This document shows positions 24,755-38,397 of a stretch of 64,000 nt of DNA, in pieces. Origin of the DNA: Pelomyxa schiedti (lineage: Eukaryota > Protista > Evosea); contig JAHLWZ010000807.1 in assembly GCA_020536535.1 (NCBI GenBank), positions 66,586 through 130,585 of the forward strand, written 5' to 3'. A model generated the notes under the pieces. The model was not told the DNA's origin, made no database searches, and saw only the letters and a list, made by a program, of their open reading frames with translations. How positions within the stretch are numbered: position 1 is the first letter of the stretch; each line of letters begins with the position of its first letter. The position numbers and the translations under genes are program-made.

Positions 24755-27700
24755 ATGAGCAGCGACCAGGCTAGCGAATCTACGCCAAAAAGCGACAGTG
24801 AAGATACCGACGAAAGCAGCGGAAGCAGGACCGCAAGTAGATCTCATTCGCCAGCCTGTACTGTAACTGGCAGATCTGACGCTGTTCCGTTGGCCACTGA
24901 AAACGACGAAGATGTGCCTTGTACCGCCGTAGTCACTACTGCGGCAATTGCTACCGTAACGGTGATCGCGACTACTCCCGACCCGGAAGTGCTTACTCCA
25001 AAAGAACCGGTCGCCGTGGTGCCTGAAACACAAGAGCCAGTTCCCTCTGAAAGTACTGTTCAAAAGGAAGCTGAGAGCCCAACACAGAAAACAACCGACA
25101 ACCACACGAGATCACACAGGCACCGGGCGTCACACACGGGACATCACAGGGAGCGAGAAACAAAAGAAGCTGAAACTAAAGATGGAGAGAAGGATGGAAA
25201 CGGTGACCACTCCAAGGATCATGACACAAAACATCATAGGGACCATGACAGACACCACGGCGAGTCGCACAGTCGACGAAGAAACAGGAGATACAGTGGA
25301 GGTGGTGATGCCGAAAAGCCTCGTGCATGTCAGTCTCCTCCCGTACCTTTAGATGCCACACTGGTCGCGCATCAAACGAGGTCTAGAGCATCAACTTATG
25401 CTGGTGAAGATTTAGCAGCGGAACTGCAGATGATTGCAACCTCGGGATCTTCTCTAAAAGATGGCAATGAGCCAATAGAGCAAGTAGATGGCTCACATCT
25501 GGCAACATTAGATGTGGATGTAAATGCGAGCTCATCAACGGCTGCATCCACTGCTCCCACTTCTAGCGCAGCGGAGAATTTGCCAGATCCCACTGACAAA
25601 ACTTCAGTCATTCCTCAAATCAACGTCACCTCAGAGCCGCTGGCATCCACTGATAGCAACTCAAGCTCACTTTCGTCATTGTCAACTGCCGCCGCTCCTT
25701 CCACTGGTGGATCCAGTACAAAGCCAACTTTGCAAGGTTTTCTTTTTTCCTTCTCGCAATACAAATCCCAACTGCTAGAAAAACAGGTACCGGGCTTTCT
25801 CTCCCACGCAGTGCAAATCAAGGATTTCTCCTTAGCTATTTTGGGAAGTCTGAACCGGGTGCTCATAACATTGATATAGAAAATGTTGTGCAAATTGCAG
25901 CTCACGCTACTAGGGCCGCCGTGAGTTTATTGAGTGCCCCTTCTTTATAACTTACTCTACTACTACCAAAACGTAAGGTTTTACTCCTCAGTGATGGAAC
26001 CGTAGTATGTCTTCCTAATGGTCCCCCAGCTTGTGAAATCGGTAAAAACCAAAGCCGATTTCTTGTCAATATTCCTGCGCCGGAACCGATAACTCAAATT
26101 GCCTGCTCCACAGCTTATGTGTGTGCAATTGGAGCCAGTGGGAAGTTATACTTTTGTGAAGACTTGATGGCTCCCGCACCTGCCTTTTCATTCATCAATT
26201 TAACTGACGTAGTGGAAGTTCACGTTGGAAGTTATGGGCTGTTCGCTGCTGCGCTTCAGCAAGATGGGACGTTGTGGACTTGGGGTGCAGATCCACCTCC
26301 CCTTGGGGCGCCAACTCCAAAGCGAGTGGAAGTGTTTTACCCTGCTGTCTCGAAATCAAAAGTAGATCCCCCACCTCCCCAAGAACAAGTTATCTTCAAG
26401 ACTTTCGATTGTGGAGACAAGCATATAGCAGCTGTATCGGACAAAGGCGATGTCTGGATATGGGGAAGCAATCCTCACTCATGTTTGATAAAAGAGTGTC
26501 AGGATCCAATTATATCCACTCCCCAGCTAGCACTTGACAAGCACAAGATTGCCCACATCTCATGTGGTCGTAATGTAACGTTTGCTTCCGGAGAAGATGG
26601 TAAAATCTGGTTCTGGGGTGATCCAGGCAATCACATTCTCCATCCACTACTTGCAAATGCAGGCTATCTAGGGTACCAGAAGCCTGTTGTACTAGGCTAC
26701 CTTCCAGGTGGTGTGCGGATAAGCTGCGGAGTTAACCATTATGCTGCACTTAGTGAAACCGGGGATTTGTGGACATGGGGAAGCAGTGACCGAGCGCAAT
26801 TAGGCTACATAACACAAGCCGTTGTCACGGATTCTTTCGTTCAGGACAATCCACCGCAGTGTGTGGCCATACAAGTGAAACAAGTAGTTTGTGGTAGTTC
26901 ATATACACTCATGCTTAGATACCCTCTAAAGCATTCCATGGACGTTTTAAGTGCTGTTACATTTGCAGCACATATGAGATCATCCTCTAATCTTAAGGAT
27001 AGTCGGAGATCCGCCCCACCCATTCTGAATTCTTTAGTACAACCCACAACAACGTCGACACTGTCTCTCGCAGTGTCGCAGCTCGCTTCAACCTGTGCCC
27101 TGGCCACAACCCTCCATATTAAGTCCACCACCACACCAGTCAATAATGCCCCCATGTCTGAGGAAGTGATATCCCTCTTTAAAACATCGCCATCCAAGGC
27201 AATCAAAAAGTTACTGGAACTGGGACTAATCACGAATGCTCCTCGGACACTTGCAACCTACCTCTTCAGTAACTGCGACCTTCTTTCTCCATCATCACTT
27301 GCCGATTTTCTCGGATCGGAAGGCAGTGAACAAGTCTTGTCTGAATTCACTAATCTCATCAACCTCAGCCATTTGAATTTTGAAATGGCTCTCAGACGAT
27401 TTATGTGGATCGCGCATTTGCCTGGCGAGGCTCAGAAAATCGATAGGATGATGTCCTGTTTTGCAAGACATTACCTGGAAGTCGCAAGCGAAACTGGAAT
27501 GTTCAAGAATAGCGACGCTATATACATTCTTGCAGTAACGTTCCATTATCCCCCGCTGTTGAATTGTCAGTCCACTAACCCTTGCATACTTACTCTTTGA
27601 CAGTTTTCCTGTATAATGCTGACGACGTCTTTCACAAAACAACAATGCGGGTATCCACCTCCCACAATGGACAAATGGATAAGCGGAAATAACGATACCG

Positions 27701-28126
27701 AAGCAGCCGGTCTTCCAAGGTAGCGAGCCCTTTTCAATAACTCTCAGGATTGAACTGAACTTTCCAAGGGACTTCCAAGAGCACCTCTACAACCAAATAG
27801 CGGACACCCCATTCGATGCCGGCACTCCCTCCAGCAAATTCCTAGTGATGCAAGGGATTCTGTCCCAGCCTCAGCGAGTCTTCCTCAAGACCACGTCCTG
27901 CCACCTCAACCACAACAACTTCTACCAAGGAGACACCAAAATACCACTCTCCACCATCATAGCCATCAAGCAAGCCGGGGCCACATTCACCATCAAGCTT
28001 GCCGACGGCAAGGATAGGGTGTTTGAGGCCAAGACAGTTTACACCGCCAACACCTGGATCAACGCCTTCCGCACCGTTTGCTCCAAAACAACTGCGATTA
28101 CCACCCTCCCAGCCTCAGGCCCTTGA
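24755..28126 (+). CDS. RCC1-repeat + Sec7 + PH domain ArfGEF
   Basis: Low-complexity N-terminus, RCC1 repeats (DGTLWTWG, CGDKHIAAVSDKGDVWIWG, CGVNHYAALSETGDLWTWG), Sec7 motif ALRRF...HLPGEAQKIDRMMSCFA with the glutamic finger, and a C-terminal PH-like domain (FEAKTVYTANTWINAFR). Confidence 0.85.
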
Positions 28127-28392
28127 CCTCACATTCACTTCATACCATGCCCATACTGTACCCTTTAAGTTTTTTTTTATTTTTCAACTCGTTTCTGTTC
28201 CTGTGGTGCAGGGGAAAATGCTAAGAACTTCATTACACCACGCCACACATTTTTTTTTGTGGCAAACAATTTCCAACTTGGTTCTCAACATGTCATTTGG
28301 GTAAACGAGCTTGCCCCAAATTTCCGGCAACAAAAAGGCCAGCGATCGAAAAGTAATCAGAAAAAGAAAAAAAAAAACCGTAAAACACAAAG

Positions 28393-30220
28393 ATGATAGG
28401 GTCGACAGCCGTATTACCAAGTGAGCATTGTGTTTGTTGAATGGTTTTTGTTATTAATTTTGTGGTTGGGTAGTTCCTGCTACATCCGGAATTGCGAGCG
28501 GGGCGAGTTACGCAGATGCTGTAAATGCACTGGAACAACTGGACAAGATTGTGGACTCTCTGTTTGGTCACCTCTCACAAAAGGTTACCGAACAGAGCAA
28601 CAGGCTTGGCTCGGCTGCTTCCAGGATAATATCCATGAAGGTCCCTTTTTCACCCTTTGATTTTATTTTTTTTTTTTGCTCAATTGGTTGTTGTGGTTGT
28701 TCTTTTTGACGCTGTTATTGTATGCATTGAGATAAACTTACATGTCTTCGTTTCAGAATAGAATCACTCGTTTGTCGGAAGAAAAGGATCGCGCTGTTGT
28801 TGTACGCTCGCCTGCAACACACCCGAATCCTCACCCTGAGGGGTTATTGCCTTCACTGTTCTCTGGCTATGTCCCACCACCTGTGACGCGCTGTGCGAAA
28901 TTTCCTCACAGGCAGCAGGTTATTGTAAGTTGTCCTTCTAAAAAAGCCAATGCACTTACATGAGGTTTAGGTAGATAGAATAGACGAGGATCCCATTACC
29001 TCCAGTCAACGTATTGCCCCTCTTTTGTATGAAATTCAGCAGGCAGCCATTGGTGCTCCAGTATCGGATGGCCTTGGTATTTTCTTCTCTTCTCTTCATT
29101 TCTTTCCTAATTTCCCGAAATTAGGCGCCGTCAGTGAGGCAACTACCTCGATCTCCAGCCTGGTGCTGTTCAACTCTTCTATTACGCCAAATACAAACAA
29201 CGCCTCCTGTGACAACTTGCGTACGAGATTCTCCAAAGAGGTTCGCCCTATGCTAAAAGTACCAACTCCTCAAATTCCTCCTGCCCCATCCAGTTTGTTG
29301 ACTGAAATGGTATGAATCTTTGTGTTTTCGGTTAACTGACATGAATCCAGAAAGAATTCCACTCCCGGTATATCGTGGAATTACCACCAGCTGAAAAAGC
29401 CCCCAAATTGTTATTACCAGACATGCTAGGCCTCACCAATGCCGCTAAAGTTTGTGATTTTGGAGAAGGTATGTCTCATCCTGAGGCGTGGACAACTTGT
29501 TCATCCAAAAATCCAGATGAGGATGCCTCTGAGGATTCCCAAGTCCAAATTCCTCCTCCTGAGGAAGCTCTCCCAGTTCCCAATAAACCAACTGTTACCC
29601 CACAACCAGCAACATATACTGAAAAGGTAGTGATTCCACCACCTGTGGCAACGAAGGCAACTTTACCTGTCCCACCAGCTGTTCCTCAGCCCCAACCAAC
29701 ACCAGGTTTCAAGGCAACCCCCCCACAGAAGCAAATCCCGCCCCCTACAGCCACGCCCCCGCAGAGCACCCCCTCCCGCCTTGTCCCACCTCTCGCTCCT
29801 TTCTCCGCCGCGCCCGCCAGTTCCGCCGCGGCCACTGCAGGCCCTCGCCCTTTGGCCTCCGCCTCGGGGCCCACCGGCACTGCCGCTTATGTGATTCCTG
29901 CAGCCCCTCCACCTCCCAAGAAGTGGCCCCTGTCTCGTGAACTCCTGCAGCCTGCCGCTGCACCCCCACAAAGCTTCCAGCAGCAGTTGGCAGACAAAAT
30001 AGCACTGAGGCAACACCACAAGGATGTAGCCCCCCCTCTGGAATCGCCCCCATCACAGCAACAGCAACGCCAACGGCAGCAGCAGCAGCAACAACAGGAG
30101 CAACAAACAGTGAAGGCTCCCCCTTCAATGACAGGCACCTGGGCCCAAATATCTGCCAAAATCATCCCCCGCAGAGAAGCCGTTGCTGATTCTGATGACG
30201 AGCAGGACGACGATTTCTAA
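28393..30220 (+). CDS. WASH1: WASH1-like actin nucleation-promoting factor
   Basis: Spliced WAHD-like N-terminus (ALEQLDKIVDSLFGHLSQKVTEQSNRL...NRITRLSEEKDRAVVVRSPATHP; GLGAVSEATTSISSLVLFNS; LPDMLGL), a Pro-rich middle, and an acidic end IIPRREAVADSDDEQDDDF*. Confidence 0.75.
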
Positions 30221-30368
30221 ATAGTAATGAAACGAAAAAAAATCAATGATTTAAGGGCCTCTATGTGCCAACCCATGATGATCCTCTTTAATCTACTTTT
30301 TTGGCTGGAAGACAAGTTGCCACTAAGAGGCCCTTGAAGAGAAGTACAGCTGCACCAGGAGAAAAGTT

Positions 30369-31932
30369 TTAATGGGAGGTTGTACTGTTGGGAGTTTCAT
30401 CAAATTTGTTTTCCTGCAACAAAGTTTCTACTGAAAGTCAAGGTATTTTATTTTACATGGCTGGTTACAAGTGCCAGCTTCAGTCACCGTAATAGGGTAT
30501 AAAACGGCCTGTTCGACGGTATCCAATAACACCACCAATTGCAGCCAAAGTCAGAAGTGCTGCGAAGCAGAGGCCAACTACAATCATTTTCTTTGGGTAG
30601 CCCTTGGCAAGCATTGCAATCAGAATTCCAACTGCCGGAATCACAAAGGTAATGTGGAAGGCCAAAGTGCCACTGAAGGGAGCAATATGCACGTCGTTCA
30701 CAGTGATTCCAAAGATTATGAAAAAAACAAACAAGAATGCGTAGAGAAACAGAGACACCCATGCTGTCATTGTGTGTGATGTGAACACAGTGTACTAGTT
30801 ACCGTGAGGTAAGTTTATGTGAAACAAGTGGAGAAGAAAAAGTACCTTTGGAACAGGGACAACAGTGTCGTGTGACATGCTCCAAAGTAGTCTGCACACA
30901 TTCGCGATGTAAATCGTGCTCAGTATCATGTAAGCAATTTGCAAAAAGCACCAGCAGTACAAGTACCAGTACCAAATTTCGTTTCGGCTGTGCGGTTCCA
31001 CCATCATATCCAGGCAAAACCCAGAGGCCAGGTCCAGGCACCCCCAAATCGCGAAGGCAAGAGCACTTCCTGTGCGGGAGATGTAAATCAACTGGGTTAG
31101 GGATAAAAAGAGATGAAACCGGAAAGATGTTCATTCTTCCACGTGAATAGTACATAATGCCAGAAACAATGCAAGTATATGGCAATTGCAAAAGTGAATA
31201 CCCCCATCAAGCTAGTTGTCCAATTGGCCATTGACGCAATCTGATTGAGGAATGTGAATGGCAAAGGAAGTAAACTGCATCATTATTACCGAGATAGCCA
31301 AGTTGGCAATGAGCAGGAAAACCCAGAGTGCGAGTGTCTTCCGCCTCTTCTGCTGTGACTCACACAACATTGACAATGTCGATGATCCTCTGAAACCGCT
31401 GTGCGTTCACTTCAGTAAAAAATTACAGTGACCCACACCCTAAATGATGGCAAACGAACATACGTTTCAATGTATTCCTTGACAGAGCAACATCTTGGCA
31501 GCATTGACTTGTTTTGAGGGAACAAAGCACAGCCCAATGCAAACCCCTTGAGGCTCATCGCTTTCCCGTTCTTTTCTTGTTCCACAATGCCCGTGATGCT
31601 GTTAATTTCAAACCGCGACGCTTCTTCATGGTCATGCTTCCACTGTTTCTTCACATCCTCAACTGATACGAGGTGGTTGTCTGTTGATTCTCCTGTTTGT
31701 ACAATCACACTTAAAACAAGTTGGAGGTCCATCACACACCTATCGGAGTGGTTGCTGGGAGGGCACAGAAGACGGAGGCACACTGTTCCCACAGGTGCAA
31801 CGGAATCAAAGAGGATTCAGGCAGTGGTTCTTTCTTCACCAACTCAACACCCTCTGGTGGTTTTTTCTCTTCGTCATCTACAACGACCTCCTTGAGCTCA
31901 ATGTGCTTCAGCTCTGGCGTTTTCGACTTCAT
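30369..31932 (-). CDS. Uncharacterised multi-pass membrane protein (ends approximate)
   Basis: Charged N-terminus (MKSKTPELKHIEL) followed by several hydrophobic helices in ORFs 30795-31091 and 30480-30788, linked by short introns. Confidence 0.55.
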
Positions 31933-32402
31933 TGGTGTGGTTTGAATTGAATTTTGGTGTTTGGTGTTACCCACTGTAACTTGGATGTGGAGGAGTGGGA
32001 CTTACATTTCTCTATAATAAGCGATGTCCATGTTCTGTTTCTGGAACAAAATCCCTAAGGATCACCCACTGCAACTTGGATGTGGATGAGTGAGAGGGAG
32101 GTTTAAGTTAACAAACGGTTGCAAACTGGCTGAATAAAATAATCAACAGACCGGAAGGCTGTAAATTTCGTAGTCATCGGAGGTTTTTTTTTATTCGGCC
32201 AACAATCGACACACAAATGGGCTCCCAGTCGATTGTGATGAACATTTTCGTGGGGCTCTTTGCTGGCAAGAGGCTGCTCCAGAGGAATTATTGTACGTTT
32301 CAGTGTGAATCCTTCGTTGAGATCTCCTGGGAGTTGCGGGGTTTTCTGAAACTGAAGGATTCCCGGCCTAACTTGGTTAGCTTCCATCAAGTTTTTCATT
32401 GA

Positions 32403-33716
<1,314 letters not shown>

Positions 33717-34116
33717 GTCACAGTTCAGACAATGACCAGAGGTTGAAGCTGGAACTTTCATTGAGCAGCGATTGAAACGAACAGAAAGGCTGGGAGTCTT
33801 GTAGAATGTGGAACACAGGTCCTATGCTTCCATCCTCTCGTTCCATGTGTGCCACTGGTTTGGCCACCATGCAATCAGATGGAGTTGGTGCAAAGGCACC
33901 TTTTTCCTGCCAACACACACCCTTTTCTGGCTCCTGAATTTCCTGTTTTCTCTGGTTATTGACGGACAAATTGACAATAAAAATCTCAGTTTGTGGTTAA
34001 TTCTTCTGTCTCCCTTTACTGTTATTTTGGACTGTTACTTCCAGCTCTTAGGTATTTGGCAGTAACAACAGCAGCCGCATGTGCCAAGTTTCAACTTCAA
34101 GGAACCGCGCTCCCAG

Positions 34117-35358
34117 ATGCTAACGGCGCGGGCTCAGTTGGCAGCTCTGGTCACGTCGTCGCACCGCCGTTGTGGAGCCAGCAGCCCCGCGGCCCCTGTG
34201 TGTTCCAACACGGCCCTGATGTCCTCGTGGTGGCGCGGCACCATCCTGCGCACAGCCTCCCGCGTCGTCCTGGTCCTGAGCCCCACCGGCTTCGACTCCA
34301 ACGGCTCCTACACCTTCCGGACCCCCGCTCTCTCCCTCGGAGTGTCCCCGCTGCTCCACAGCCTCACCCACACAGTCTCGAAGCGGGACAGCAACGAATG
34401 CAGGTGGCTGTCCCCGAACACGGGCGTGCAGAGGGACCGCAGCAGTGTGCCGACGGCGTGCGAGCTGCACCTTGTGGGCTATGGCGGCGGTGATGGCAAC
34501 CCCGCTCAGTTGGGACGTGAGGCCGTGCGTGTGCTGGCTAATTTTGGGGTGGTGTCAGATCGGCACCTGGCTGAGGCATTCAACGAAAAATGGGCAATAA
34601 CGTGTGATAGCGCGTGGCCAAGCTTGGGGGCAACAATGACCATCAGGAGTATACTGCGGCATGACTTGTGCATGGACTCATCAAAGGTACTGTCGGAGGA
34701 GATCCTCCATCCCGTGACATTACTCGTTCCTGGGGTTGGCAAACTAAGGCGCCTCGATGCTAAAGTGGAAATTAGTTTCAATATGACAGTCCCAGATGAG
34801 GCCCTGATGGTGCTCGTCAACTATTCTAGCTGCACCTGCACGTACCATTTGTTTGATGTTCAGCACACGCACGAATCCAAGGGAATTGCATTTGTGAGTA
34901 CCACGACCACAAACCTACAGTATAGGCCGGATTTCTCATTGATAATGAGGCGAACCAGTGGTGATGTTGTTTTCATAGCAAAGACGGATCGTCGCCTCTC
35001 ATACCGTTATCAAAGCAACGTCTTTCGAGTTGAAGTGGCCACTGGGAATTTCAAGCGGATCAGGGAAAGGTGTACAGCCCTGACACAGCTCAGTTCCTCT
35101 GTGTTCTGTGTCTGGTCACTCAATGACCTGACATATGAATTATGGGACTGCAACAACACTGACAGGCCACTCGTTGTTGTACCCCAAAACGATGGTGGCT
35201 GCACACAGGTTGTTGGGGGGAGGAGATTTTTGTTTGGAGTCACAAGGAACGGGGAGATAGCGGTGATTGACCCGTCATCAGGCTTGATTGTACTCACTTT
35301 GGGCGATCTTCCAGCCAACCCCCCTTTTGAAATCCTCCTGCGTGATTCCTTTTTGTAA
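34117..35358 (+). CDS. Intronless hypothetical protein, lineage-expanded-type family (beta-rich C-terminus)
   Basis: Uninterrupted ORF of about 410 aa starting MLTARAQLAALVTSSHRRCGASSPAA. No catalytic motif was recognised. Confidence 0.6.
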   Translation: MLTARAQLAALVTSSHRRCGASSPAAPVCSNTALMSSWWRGTILRTASRVVLVLSPTGFDSNGSYTFRTPALSLGVSPLLHSLTHTVSKRDSNECRWLSPNTGVQRDRSSVPTACELHLVGYGGGDGNPAQLGREAVRVLANFGVVSDRHLAEAFNEKWAITCDSAWPSLGATMTIRSILRHDLCMDSSKVLSEEILHPVTLLVPGVGKLRRLDAKVEISFNMTVPDEALMVLVNYSSCTCTYHLFDVQHTHESKGIAFVSTTTTNLQYRPDFSLIMRRTSGDVVFIAKTDRRLSYRYQSNVFRVEVATGNFKRIRERCTALTQLSSSVFCVWSLNDLTYELWDCNNTDRPLVVVPQNDGGCTQVVGGRRFLFGVTRNGEIAVIDPSSGLIVLTLGDLPANPPFEILLRDSFL

Positions 35359-35484
35359 GACCATTTTCTACAACCAACCCCTGTTTTTATCTGAAACATT
35401 CCTATGGTTCTCGTGATTGGCCGTTGAGGCAATTGTTGAAAAGAAAATTCCAAACAGCACAAAAAACCTTTGAGTAAAGTATGT

Positions 35485-38057
35485 TCAATCATTGGCTTGC
35501 GTGAGTGGCTTTTTTTGTGAGAGTAGAGGCTCGTCGGCAGTGGCTCGTGTGACTCTGAAGAGCTTGTACCCCAACAGTATGCTCACAACTATAAGCACCA
35601 GGCAGACCAAACCCAAAAATGCAACTCCAACAAGCAGTTCTATCTCCTCTTCATTCACTTCCTCCGGTAATTCGCAATATTCAGAGTACAGGGGTCCAGC
35701 TTCACTTATTCCACGCCTTACAGCAAGGCAACGGAATCTATCAGTTCTAACCTGCATTAATTGTGAGGTGCCGGTGTGTTATACTCAATGACAATCGTAC
35801 TTCCAACCAATTCCGGTCTACAACAGAGGATGCACTCCATAATCTTTCAGCAACCTGTATTCAACTGAGCTGAGGAAAATAATGAGAAGGAACACACTGC
35901 AGGGCTCCTTGTAAGCCCACGCTGATCCCATGAAAGGATATCAACGCTCTCCCCCCATGTTGCAGCTTCCCCGCCGAGTACATGTGCTTCATCAGCAGAT
36001 GTGAGATTTTTACCGAGTACTGGGTCATTGCTATGGAATCAGGTCTTGCTTTAAACAATACAGCCACATACTTGTACATGTCAACATAAGTCCATACCCA
36101 CAGCCAATGGGTGCTGCATTCAGGGCACCCATATGTAGTGCAAAGAGGAGCCTGCATATCTTGGTACCACCCTAGCACACGTTAACACACTAAAGGGTGA
36201 AACTGTAATGACACCATAAAGCTGAATTGCGTCATAACCAGCTTTGACGGCATCTCTCAAAGTGGTGTTGGTCCTCCAAGCGGCAACAATGGTGTTGGGG
36301 AGTACACTTCCATGATAGAAGGCTTCCTCCCACACAATGGGCATCTTGGAATTCCTGAACCCCACTAAGTACGACATAAAAAAACCAGGAGCAGACTTGG
36401 TGACAGAGTTTTGTGCATATAGTGTCATGTATTCCTCAAGTTCATCCCAGTCCGATATTCCATTTTGAGACATCCAATATAGAATACTGTCTCTCTCCAC
36501 GCTGTTATCCCAGCAATCAGTGTGAACTATGGAAAGTTGGTTACTTTATTGCGTGCATTGATATTCTTTTTCTTCTTAATCATAGCTATGTAGCGGTGCT
36601 CTACCTTCATCTCCGCCCACATGAACGTAGTCACTACTGAATACAGACAAAGAATCTTTAATAAGACTATCAATAATGTTGAAAGTAAGATTATTTGCAG
36701 GATTCAGAGGAATGCTAGAGGATAATTATAAGCCTATCTGATAAGTGGGAATTGTAACCGGTTTTCGGGGTAAGTAGTTTGTGCATCAAGGAGATAATCC
36801 CAGCAGTCTGCAGTTATGCCGGGATAGCCCAAGCCCCATGAGGCTGTATGTCCCTTGTTTTTTGTTTGCATTTGCCTTATGATCGGTTTCATACCGGCAT
36901 ATCAAACTCTGGGATAACTATTACACCAAGAGATTTGGCATGAGATACCAAATCCTCCAAGTCATCATGAGAAAAATATGCGTCGTCATCAAACTTTCCT
37001 TTTTCCGAGAGTTCTTCATACTCCGGATTCTCATAAGGAAAGGATTGGGAATCGGTGAGATGAATGTGTAAAACATTCATCTTCATGGCAGCTATCCCCT
37101 CAATAATTTGTTTTATCTGTGTCTTACTTAGCAATGACATAGTGGGGACCTATACTTTTGAGATTGGTAAGAAGTGCCTCGAGGTATCGATCATCATTCC
37201 ACGCCATCTGAATCTGGGCCAGTCTTCAATAACAAGGGGTGTGTGTTGAACTGTGAAAGCAGTCCCGTTCCACTCAAGGAGTTGCGCAACTGTCTCAAAA
37301 GCTAGAACCCGTGAGTCTGGAGTTTGTGTTGAAATCTCGTAGCCTCAACCTCTGAGAGTGCCCCATACATTCGCTGCTACGATATAAATTTTGTCTGACA
37401 CGTGAATGGAGTATGTTTCATTGACCTCTATATCCAAATCAGGGAATGTATTGTGACTCTCCATTTGCACTAAAATCTCAGAAATCTTATAGGGACGTAA
37501 GAGGGCAAATGAGAAGGGATAAAAAAAACAAAAAAAGAAGACGAAGAGGGCACCGTATCCTGTGCAGGTATGGTGTTGTTCAATTGAACCGAAATCTGCT
37601 GGTGCAGTGATAATATCCAAGGTGAAACCTTCATCTGTTGTTCTATTGGTACTGTAACGCACCTCGAGAACGCACTCTCAATAATCTGCACGAAATTGAG
37701 TGAGTCTGCTCGTACTTTTTTTTTTTTTGTGTGTGTGTGTACTAGTACAGGGGGCGGGGGATAAACATTAAACACCCCAATGGGAATGAAAGAATGAAAG
37801 AGAATGAATGAGAATGGCCAGACCTGGTTTGCGTCGTGGTCCAAGTCGCCGTCGAGGGTTGTGATGGACAGAGACGGCGTCTGAGCCACGGCCACGGCGC
37901 CCATGCCGCACGTGGCGTGCTGCGGCTGCGGAAACACGAGCAGGCTGTCGCTCCCGACCACGCCGCCCGCCGCAACGCCAGCCCAGCTCATCGCGACGGT
38001 GCATGTGACCCACACTGCAACTGCCGAAACGGCGATGGCCCACTTGCCCTGCTTCAT
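35485..38057 (-). CDS. Beta-N-acetylhexosaminidase (GH20) with C-terminal transmembrane helix
   Basis: Signal peptide, [42 protein letters not shown], catalytic HVGGDE and GEAATWGE. C-terminal [26 protein letters not shown] followed by a tail containing DEPLL. Confidence 0.93.
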
Positions 38058-38397
38058 TGGGGCTGCCTTTGGTTTTTTTTGTTTTTTTTTCTCTTGTTAC
38101 AACCCTTCGAAGAAGGAAGGCGATCTTGCCCACTGGGTGGGAGTCTCACCACTGAAGTGTATACTCAACACCAGATGGGGATGTGTTGTGCGAGAGCATT
38201 CTGGTTCTCAATCTATAGGGCTGGGTGATGAGGACCACTCCAGTTCACTAATTTAGAGGGAGTGCACTGAAGCTGTTTCCTGGAAACGATCGAGTTTCAG
38301 GAAAACTCTGAGATGCCACAGAACAACAAAAAAAACCAACCTTGCGCTTGTTTTCTTAGTTCTGTGCTGTTGGTGGTGTGCCTACAAAAACGCACAA

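Noticed and set aside
31970-32095. Imperfect 30-bp direct repeat CCCACTGYAACTTGGATGTGGA
   Set aside because: There are only two copies, consistent with a local duplication. It is not a CRISPR array and has no element hallmarks.
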